Positions 12,701 through 22,734 of a DNA stretch of 64,000 nucleotides are shown in pieces (the first letter of the stretch is position 1; every line of letters begins with the position of its first letter). The position numbers and the translations under genes were made by a program. The stretch covers positions 6,141,129 through 6,205,128 of the forward strand of contig CM082576.2 in NCBI GenBank assembly GCA_040954595.2, in the 5' to 3' direction. A model generated the notes under the pieces. The model worked only from the letters and a program-made list of their open reading frames with translations, did not search any database and was not told the origin of the DNA. The DNA comes from Balanoglossus misakiensis. Lineage: Eukaryota; Animalia; Hemichordata.

Positions 12701-14902
12701 ACTCAGTCTGTTCTCTGTGTGTGGGCTCAATGACTAAAGAGATTATTTTTATTTTACCGTCATGGGTTTGTCTACACATTTCTACATTACGTGCAGGCAC
12801 TAAAATGTGTCACCTCCCCCCATAAAGGCGCCACATACAAGAAAGAAGTGTTACCAGGTGTTCAGAAAAAAAAGCGAGCGGTGACCGCAGAAAATGTTCG
12901 AGATGGTAAAGTTATCCATGAGTTATCCATGTTCAGTATTTAAAGGGATTTTTTCATATCCACATTTGAACAGCTTACCGAAAGCTTATTTGCAAATGAT
13001 AGAGCCGACGCGAACCCCTGACAACCCCGTAGAGTAAATTGTTTTCACTCTTAGAAAAGTCAATTTTATCCAGTGACTTTTGCAAAATCGCTGCATGATA
13101 CCCTCGCGTTGTCTTGGATTTTCGTTATGTGCTTTGCTTTGTTTTGTGCTGTTGAAGACGCTAGGCTAGAGCCCAATTTTGGGAAAAGAACTTAGATATT
13201 CACAACAACAACTACATGTACTAGTATGGTATGATGCTCAGAGCTCGCGAAACGGACTTCGGAGTTGACGCACTGGCCTCGTTGTATAATCGGATAGCTC
13301 ACAACATCGTTATATGCGGCATTGTTAAAGTGATGTAACATTGTAAGAACACAACCGGGGACCGTGACCTAAACATACAATATTTAACCGACACTTTAAC
13401 TTGTACTAGTATTTAGGACAGGTCACACACCTACTTTCCAAGTGGCGACATGTATGCTGGGGAGTGTTGACCACCGAAAAAAATCAATGGTATCTGACAC
13501 AAAAGGATTGCGATCTATTTTCGTGTGGTTAATGACGTTCATCTTCCGATTTTTTTTTCAGATCAACGAAGGCATTGTCGTCTATGTCTGTTTTCTGAAA
13601 GCGTGTACAAAGGAAGTTCTCAGCAAAATTGGTACGTGCGATTATTTTCTTTCGCCTAGATTTCATCCAGATACTATTAACCCAGTTCTGCTTACCGCAT
13701 CGGCATATTGTTAAAGCATGCCGGTTTTCTTTCGCTGCTTTTCATGCATGTACTACGAGAAGACCAAACAAAACATTGGACACACATAATTGCAGTTGAA
13801 CCTTTCCGTCCTGTCATCATCCCCTTGTGATTATATGGATTGTGTGCCAGTCATTAGAGAGTATGAGTCCTCGACAAAAGGGCTTGTGGTTTGACCAAAC
13901 ATGATTGCTGCAATCGGGGGCTTGGGCTTTTTGTGTTTACGATTCACATTTTGTGACAGTGTACCTCTGTCCGGCAAAACTACCTGCGTGTCAGCATTCC
14001 AACGAATATGATGTGCCAGTAATACATGCAGTATTTCGTACCTGCTAGGGTTTGCCCGCTACCAACCGTGTCCCGGTCCCCCTAACTCGCCTTCCTCTAT
14101 TAACTACTCGAGAAAGAAAACGCAAGAACGCAAGGTCGATGTCGATGTCCGATCCTTAATTGGCATCTCTCCTTCTATGCTTCGGAGCAATTGAAGCTTA
14201 GATATGGTACTCGAGCAGGAACAATGAACGCGCATCGTAAACACTGATCAAAAGCGTAATTATTGTTTACATAGCAAAAACGGAAAGTTGAAAGGCGAAT
14301 GACGGCAATTTTACGAACGTTTTGGCCCTGTCTTTTGTTGGCTGTATATACTACCCACTTCTTACTTGGTTCCTGATCGCTACATATCTCATAACTACAT
14401 GGATGTTATATAATGCACATGTTATGTATATCAAAAGTAATAAATCATTTCTTAGGATACTTTTACGTGTGTCACACATACTTGAATTTTCCTTGGTAGC
14501 ACTGATTAAATTTGCATAGGTGATTGTGCACCTTTATAACACCCGACCACATTTTAAACTTCTTCTGTTCCAGTTCACACAGTTCTTTATTCGAGATTCC
14601 TGAAGGGGAAGAAAGACGAGAGGGTGTCGATCCTGGAGCTGCACGGCGACATACTGATCGTCCCGCAGTCGACCCTCGGCGGCATCAGGAAGAAGCGCCA
14701 CATCACCTACCACTACAACATCAACAAGGACGAAGGCTGTGAACTGTACAACGAGTTCGTGCAAATGTGTCGGCGCGAGGTGGAGGCGAACGACTCGGAA
14801 CTCAGCTGCCGCGTCAAGTGCGGCCACTACAACAACAAGTGCGAAAACATGACCGTTGAAAGCGGCGTGGTGGGACTGATGACTCATATCGTGGAATTCT
14901 AG
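9701..14902 (+). CDS. Divergent DTD2/ATD-like paralog, copy 3, 171 aa, 3 exons; lacks the Gly-Pro motif
   Basis: Exons 9701-9817 (MERPS...AKVIVQQCSAARVKQK...YNE, donor GTAGGT), 13562-13631 (INEGIVVYVCFLKACTKEVLSKI, acceptor TTTTTTTCAG, donor GTACGT) and 14574-14902 (VHTVLYSRFLKGKKDERVSILELHGDILIVPQSTLGG...GLMTHIVEF*). Same phases and 70-nt middle exon, frame intact, introns much longer (~3.7 kb and ~0.9 kb). Confidence 0.88.
9884..9970. repeat. (CT)n/(CCCT)n homopyrimidine microsatellite in intron 1 of ATD copy 3
   Basis: Uninterrupted pyrimidine run read directly from the sequence. It also explains the spurious SL- and ER-rich ORFs at this position. Confidence 0.95.
14477..14536 (-). mobile_element. 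Terminal fragment of a dispersed repeat (non-autonomous DNA transposon-like end)
   Basis: Its reverse complement matches 22675-22734 at 50/60 positions by hand alignment (taaaggt...tcacctatgcaaatttaa...tacca.ggaaaattcaa.tatg). Confidence 0.6.
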
Positions 14903-17900
14903 CCTTCCTTCCTTCCTTGTTCGTGGTAACGGATGGGTAGTACCACGCGGTCTCCACTTCATACACAGGGATAAAACATTATATTTTCAACAAAGAGGAA
15001 TATTTAATTTATATATCGAGGAATGTTTGCAAACTCCACTTTGTAAACTGGTGACTTCTTATTCGATATCTTCACGTTCGTTCTCAGTGGAGTCACACCA
15101 AGAAAGCAGGGGCTACTGAAAACCAGCGTTTTGCTCAAGGTCCTTCTCCGAGTGAACGAGTGATGGGAATTCAGGCAAAAAAACATCGGTATGACGCAGA
15201 AACAGCAATGACGGCGACTATATGTTAGATGGTCGCCATGACGTCGATGGAAACGCCCAACAACGGCTCCCTGTTGTTCCGTGGTAAACAGATGAAGAAA
15301 TTACGGATTGTACTATTTTGACCCAACAAGTGATATTTATTTTAGCTCAGCATTCAGTTTGTCAGGTGAAGCTGCAGAGTTACTAGTAACAAATGTACCC
15401 ACGTAGGCGTCATTGTTACAGAACTAAGCTTGAACGGGAGACACGTCACTCCATGGTAGTAACTCATATAGGGAGTACTAGTATATCGAGACTGTTACAC
15501 ATAAATACATGTAGTACAATTATGACACAATTTTTTGCTTACCAGTATTACTATTATCATCATATTAAATATTATTATCTGAAAATGACACAGGGAATTT
15601 ATATATTTATTTATTTATCTGCTTATATTCCGAGTTTTGATTAGCCTGTCGGACTATGTATTTCTTATCTTTGGTATTTCGAAGGACGATCGAGACATTC
15701 CATTTTTCAAGGCTTTAGTTTACCAGAACTAAGACCTGTAGTTGGAAATCTGGTTTACTTACTTGAGAACCTCATTTGCATCGGTAGGACTTCCCAAACA
15801 TCGATGGAAATAAACTATATACAACTGTACTATACAGATTTACAATTAACCACACTCTGTCGTCGAAGCATATTTTTTTTTAACTGGCAATTTTCTGCCA
15901 GGTCGCTTCTGCGTGCATGATGAAGCCAACTCGCCATCGCGCGCATTTTGCATTCAATCGCATCTTTTCTTGGGTCAATACAGCTGAAATTGAAGTGTCT
16001 TGCTCAAGGCCTGCTGAAAACTAGGGCCATGCATGTATACCAGGCCGTCAGGTGCTCAGAGTGATTGCAGCGCATCTATCTAATGGCACGGTGTCTCAAT
16101 TCTGAGTGCCTCGCGGGATTCCACGAAAACGGCCGGTGACCGAATTGCTGGTCGGAATTCATCCTGACCTAGAAACTAGAAACCGTACAGGGGCAATGCC
16201 CGAAGGGTGTTAGCCCTATGGCGAACGTGTCCGGCTTTGGCTGCGCTGCCTCCCCAGCCGACCACGTACGCAATATCCTATTAGGGTGAAGGGGGGGGGG
16301 GGTACCTGAGACCTGTATAGATCATTCAAAGAAGCGTCTCAAAATGTATTTACCGACAAACTTGTGCACAATCAACTGAGTACGACTTCGACTAAATATT
16401 AGATTTGTAACTCTTGGGGGCGCTGTTCCTGAAGCAGAAATCATGGACACGTACATAAACAGACACTTTATATAAGGGAATACAAGTTTAAAGGCCAATA
16501 TTGGTTGACATGGACATTTCTGTAGATATAAATGTCAGCTGTGCATAACAGGCTACCACAAAGACTGCAAAATGTCACCGGTTTAGCATACAATACTTTA
16601 GGCTTATCGACCAACTGTCACTGATACGTGGAATTCTCTTCGCGTTTGCAAGAACCTTTAAACAACAGTCACTCGTCACACACGCTTGAAACTGGTACTT
16701 GAGAAGGCGTGTTTTGAAGTGGGGGTTCTACGCGCTTCTTTGGTGTTCAGTGTGATACTATGAGTGGACTCTCTTACAGGTACATGTAGTTGCTTCTCGG
16801 TCGTTCGTTCGTTACTGAGATCTCGAAGAGCGGAGGAATGAATAGTACATATGTGTGTGTGTGTGTGTGTGAGGATCTCAACCGTGTTTGCTTTCACTTC
16901 TGCAGCTGAGCGCAGACCCCGAAAAGCACACGGGATATGTCTTTCAGCCTGGACAAGACGAAAAGGCGAGGAATGGAGCTGCATTTTCCGCTCGGGTACA
17001 GCGAGAACGCCCGCACGCGACAACTCGTATAGTTGTTACTGGTCGTGCTGATGAAGACCGGTTTGGTGTTATTGACTTTTTATGACTCTCACTCTGAGAA
17101 TAATTAACGTAATTCTATTATAATTTGTCGCACAGCTTTACAGATCTGATGTAGCCACGAGCTTTCCAGTTGAGATTAAAAATTCAAGCCAAGCAAAAAT
17201 ATTTACACGGATTTAGAAGTACATGTATTTTCTTTCTGATTGCTTATTATTTATTTATTTGTTTATCACACCCGCTTAAAGGCATGAAAGTTTCATATTA
17301 GAGACACTATAATGAATATGCTGATCAAAGAAAAAAACTGGTGAATGTTTTATATCCTTGAAACACACTTGGTCACAGGGAAATTGAGTCAAGTTTCCAT
17401 GTACACCACACTGTGCACTGTACCCCGCAGAACTTGCTATTCAAACTATATCGCCCCAATCGACCACAAATCTTTTGATCTCATTATAATTTTGTATACG
17501 GACATGTGGTCCACTGACGATTTTAAAATACTCTCTTCAACACATTGTCATAAAGTCGCTTCGATCATACAGACTTAACCCTATGCATTGCTCCAGAGAC
17601 CACGGGTGCACTTTTTTTGTAGAATTCGCAAGACATGTTTTCATCCGTTCACGTGTCCCGATACGGATTTCGATCTTCACTTAAGACTGTAAACACGGGA
17701 TCTTCGACGCACAGTTTTATCCCGTCGGGACTTCAGAGCGAAAACATGCCGTATCAGATGCGCTTTAATGCGCCTCTCTGCCTGCGGCTGTTAGTGGCTC
17801 TGCGGGGATCAACCCACAGCCAACTCAGTCACCCCTCCCCCACCAATAACACCATCTTCTCGCCTCGTTGTCTCCAGCAGCAGTTCATCGCGAAAATCGA

Positions 17901-20319
17901 CACTCAGGTTACGAAATACAGTCTCGGCAAGTTCACATCTATGACCTAGTCAAGGTCAAAATACAGACTCTTATTTTCAACTCGCTCCCTCCCATGTTTA
18001 ACTTACGCCCGCCCTCCCATTTTGACCCGATGTTGCGTTTGAAACTTTGGAAGTCGCACTTTCAACACAAGTACCCGCATTTCCGTACGTCACATCCGTG
18101 AAATAATTTCCATCGCAAAGATGCCACTTTCTTGGGCTCGCTTCCGTTAGTACCACGTGACCTACGCGTGGTCGATTCAACAGGTGTCTGAAAAGTTGAC
18201 AAACTGGTAGTCAATGGGTCGCTATATCTTAACATCGTTTATATGAAATAATTTTGTATCATGATTATTTATTTTGCAATCTGGTTCCTCCAAGCCCATA
18301 GATGTATAAAAATGTACAAAAAACGTAGGCCTAAGCATGTCGGGGTAATCGCGGTAAGGTTGAGAATTTCGTTAAATTGATGATTCGGTCGTGAAATGTC
18401 AAATGTGCCCCATCGTGCGAGGGTTATACCACAGATTGGTTGTTCAACTGAACTGTTACAATTCGCTTCTCTAATCGGAAAAGGGCCCCAATGCGGCTTC
18501 AGAAACAACACTATGTTTCCGACATATGACGAGTAACGAATATTCAAAACCACGAGACTTGAAGACATCTCTACGTTGTCAAAATAATGCTTAGACCATG
18601 TCCTCTGCGCGCTCGGACTCAACGTTCACCAGCTCAGTCGGTCGCTTCACCTTAACAAATCTACACGTACTTTAATTTGTTGCTATGACCCACGGGCTCG
18701 TAACATTGAAAGCTCCCTTGTCACACTTAATTACTGGCGGTGGCCTCTAATCTCGTGAGGCTCGACCAGAGACGTGACCGCATGTGGTGTGGCGCAAGTA
18801 ATATTGTCTCACTGAGATGAATTCTCAACGCCCGAGAAAATGATTCCTTGCGGACACGAATACAAACCTAGTCAACATTGTAAAGAAAAGGGACTTTACA
18901 CTAACTATAAGCGCTTTACTTTCTCTTGCTTGGCACATCCACCGACACAAAGAATGAAATGGTATTTTTGTTCGAATACGGAAAGTTTAACGTTCTGGGT
19001 GTCCGCAGTTAGGACTTCAGGTATTTTTCTTCGCGCATGATGTTCTCTCTCTACCTGCACGTATCACGTGTCTTTCAGGCAACAGAAATAACACCGATTG
19101 CTCTCGTGAAATCTAGAAATCATAAGCTTCAAAACTACACAACTGAAGCAAAGGCCGTTGTACCGAATGAGTTGAATACCACGATAGGAGTGCCCGTGGG
19201 TGGCGGTCGTTTCGCCTCGGCTGGCAGAAACGTCGTTTGGCTGGCGGTAAATATTTCGTCAAAGCAGAGTGAAATTCGCCTTTTTACGCAACGGAGTCCT
19301 AATTTTTCGGTGCTTGATTTTTTTTATTTATCCGTTTTTGCCATTTGGACAGTGAGATAGCGGTCTCCAGCGATATTCATCGGAATGGCCCACTTGACTC
19401 GGGCAAATCAAATAACACAAAGATGTTAGCCCTATTAAACACTCCGTCTCTCTCCACTAGACTCGGGCAATAAACGCGCTGATGACATAATAACGCGTGG
19501 CCCACTCAGGTGTCAATGACGATTCCGAAAGCCACAGCCCGGAGCTGGCAATAAATGTTTGCCATTTTCCTCTTCTCACGCGGCTGTACGACTTCTCACA
19601 CGTCCCACGCCTCTCGAATGTTCCGTCTTCGATTTGCTGCCACTTTGCTCTCTGACGCAGATTCCTCGGTTATAGCGCAGTGTGTACCATTCGCATTGCA
19701 TTAAGACGATTAAAACCATACAACAAAACGCAAAGAGCTGGGAATTACACACGCGACAAAACCGAAGAACAGAAACCTTGTGACTGTGCCACTTAAAGGC
19801 TTATGAACTGTCTGTTTTTAAGATTGAACGAATTTAGCTTTGGTCAATGAACGAATTCAGGATGATCGAGGTGTCTCACTATTAATATTATCTTTCATTT
19901 GAAAATTGTGAGAAATTGAAAAAATAAACCTGGAAATTAAAAACGTTGTAATTAATAATGATAATAGTTGTTGTTAAGTCGGCGTATTGACTGAACGGGA
20001 AGGGTATCTGTCAATGATACATCAGATTTTATCGTTTTAGTTCCAAGATTACAAAAAATATATTTCATGATCAAGGAAAGAATTAGGTCCAAACCGCTGA
20101 ATGAAATAAATGATGCGTCCTCCGTTCTGTCACCGACAAACGTACAAGCCGTCAAATTTCGTGGAAGTGGAAATATAATGACCCATAAAAACGAGTATTT
20201 ATATATATTGAATTTTACTTTAATGTTTACTTTGTCAACAAACTATCTGACGAAATACAAAATGCTTCCACGAAATTCCCGATTTTTTCGTTTTGATGTG
20301 CATCGAACTGAATCGAAGT

Positions 20320-20420
20320 GAGAGCTCCGCCCCCTAGTTTAATCCGCACCCACGGTCGCCAATGATAGGTACGGTCGACGGCACGTGACGCTGACTGAAG
20401 TTTACCTTTCAGTCAACTAT
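20320..20420 (+). promoter_or_regulatory. Core/proximal promoter of the LRR-type gene
   Basis: GC box CTCCGCCCCC 20325-20334, CCAAT 20359-20363, E-box CACGTGAC 20382-20389 and Inr-like TCAGT 20409-20413, in CpG-rich DNA 160-250 bp upstream of the ATG. Confidence 0.55.
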
Positions 20421-20576
20421 GTGAAGTGAGTGATCACGAGAAAAGAAAACGACCCGTACGCATCACTGGCTTCCGACTCACAGAACACAAACTAAAACAC
20501 TGCTCGTTGTCGGGAACAGAACACGACTACACAGGGCGCTGTCGACGCGACGGCTCAAAAAACAGATGGTTTTAAT

Positions 20577-20884
20577 ATGTCAACCACTATGAAAAAGTTA
20601 CTGACAACCACACTGCCGGTGGTGGTGGTACTCCTGCTGTCTGCCGCACTGGCCGAAGAAGTAGTGACCGACGGTCCGCTCATGAACATGCTGACCACTG
20701 TCACCAGCGGCCCGACTGAACCTACGTGGGTAGCAGACGACCCGACTACTCAGTTGGCCAGCCCGTGCGCGAACATATCCGAAAACTGCACATGTATTCG
20801 CGGGAATCGTCTGACAGTAAAATGTTCCAAAATACCGACATTTGATCTGAACGTCCTAACCATCCCGTTGACTGTGCAAATACT
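20577..20884 (+). CDS. First coding exon of a secreted or membrane leucine-rich-repeat-type protein (signal peptide, Thr/Pro-rich spacer, LRR N-terminal cap); family not assignable
   Basis: Signal peptide MKKLLTTTLPVVVVLLLSAALA, then a T/P-rich segment, then the Cys cap CANISENCTCIRGNRLTVKC...IPLTVQIL ending at a perfect donor CT|GTAAGT (phase 2). This junction type follows the LRRNT cap in LGR, Slit, LRIG and peroxidasin genes. Downstream exons were not found in the window. Confidence 0.8.
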
Positions 20885-22674
20885 GTAAGTATGATGGCTA
20901 GCAAAATTTCATAGTACATTCTGTAGCAGGTTTAACACTTTTCTCAACGTAATTGTATTTGACCAAAGGGCACGTTTGTAAGGCTTAGGTATATTCTATA
21001 GAGTCAAGGGACTTGTTACGTAGGTTCGACTCCCTTGATTACATAAAATGATTCCCCCGCAATACTTGGGACTGTCACTGGCACTTTTAAAAGCGCCAGC
21101 GCAGCGACACCGCATATACGCGTCGGACTATACTCTTAAATCTCGGCGTGAATGACGCAAACCTTGCAGTTAATTTTATATAGAGAGTTGTGTGTAGTAA
21201 TGTTCTGCACGCCTACGAATTCCGGTGCGAATTTCCGTGATAATGTTTTTTGCTTTGCCTTCCCGAAGAAGTACGTACATGTCTGCTGTAGACCTTCTAG
21301 CCTGAAGGGGTTTCTATTTTTAAGTTCCTCGGAGCCCTAAGCAAGGATAAGGAAAAAGCAAACCGAACAAGAGAAAACAACCAGAAAAACAGACAATACA
21401 AATGTCCAAACATTGATGATTGTCAGTGGGGGGTTCTAACCGGCCACCGTCGTACTAGGTATCTATACACAAAAATGTTTGATCGAAAAATTCTGCCAGT
21501 GAACATCACATATACTCATCGTTATATACCGGTAGCGGCGCACGTTCTCTTTTTGATCAACGTCGAATGATTAAATTCCTACTGAGCTGTTGCTGGCGCG
21601 ACGAGCTGGATACTTTTAAGTCCCGACTATCCAACACAGGTAAGGTTTTTATCGTGTTCAGACTATCAGTGGATCGTTGGGTGTCCAGGAGAAGCCCGTC
21701 AGTATACTGCGAACTGGAGCGAAGCCCCTGGGCGTTCCCGTACGTGACTGAGGCGCGCGCGCGCGTATTGGTCCAAAAATGCCCGGGATTGAAGATCGCC
21801 ATGGTGACCACCCTTTAGGATACGCGTACGCGTCGCCGGCGCTATCGGAAGTCGCTGTTCATTCTTCCACGGTTTTCTCCACGGACATATTACACAGAAC
21901 GATGCGCATACACCCAATCTCTGTTTCAGTGAAAGGATAATTTCAGTTTACACCAAATAATTTCGCGTTTTTATCAGATAGCCATACAGACCCGACACGG
22001 GATACGACTCTCAGGGTCGCGCGCGCGGCAATCTCGTGATAACCCGGATGATGATAACGATGGTGGTGGCGGGAACGTGTGGTGCTGGTTGGATTGCCAG
22101 TGTCGAACACAACTGAGCCTTTGTTTGTTGTTTATGTCTGCCTAAAAAGTGCTCATTGTCGGTCTATTATTGGACACTTAAAACGAACACATTTATTAAG
22201 TTAAACGACACCGTGAAAACGAGTACATGTGCCCTATTATCCACAGGTAGATAAATGGTCATCGCTTTTCAACCATGTCGACCTGACTGACATTGGTTGT
22301 CTGTCGGTTGCTCGGGAGGGGGAGGGGGGGGGGGGTCTTTATCTCAGAGACATGGTTTGGGCTCAAGCCAATAACTCCACTGTCCATTGTCAATTCCGAG
22401 TGAAAAAAAACAACAACAATGCGCACGACAAAATTAAAAAAGATGTAGAATACAAAAGCGTCTGAGTACACAAACACACAAATCATTGAGATACATGTAA
22501 TTGAGTTTTTAAAATGCCGCACCTGGCTTGACGGTGTTTTATCAAAGCTAATATCTTTGAGGGGTGATCCCCGGCAGCAAGTTTGCTCTGGGTTGTAATT
22601 GCTGGTTTCCTTATGAATTGATAATTCATTGAACAAATTTTGCTGCCAGATTAATCTGGTGGAAAATGCAACCT

Positions 22675-22734
22675 TAAAGGTATAGGGTCACCTATGCAAA
22701 TTTAACCACTGTTACCATGGAAAATTCAAATATG
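22675..22734 (+). mobile_element. Terminal part of a dispersed repeat starting TTAA|AGG (same family as 14477-14536)
   Basis: 50/60 identity to the reverse complement of 14477-14536. It begins directly at a TTAA, as TTAA-targeting DNA transposons do. The element probably extends further right, but its other end was not resolved. Confidence 0.55.

Noticed and set aside
14534-14962. 142-aa minus-strand ORF
   Set aside because: Antisense shadow of the GC3-rich copy-3 exon 3.
16676-17085. Cluster of overlapping ORFs
   Set aside because: No motifs, spans a (TG)n repeat, and is expected by chance in locally GC-richer DNA.
21002-21040. GGTTCGACTCC B-box/T-loop in a short hairpin (possible tRNA or SINE)
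   Set aside because: No A-box, D arm or anticodon arm, and no cloverleaf. The same applies to GGTTCAAATCC at 40521.
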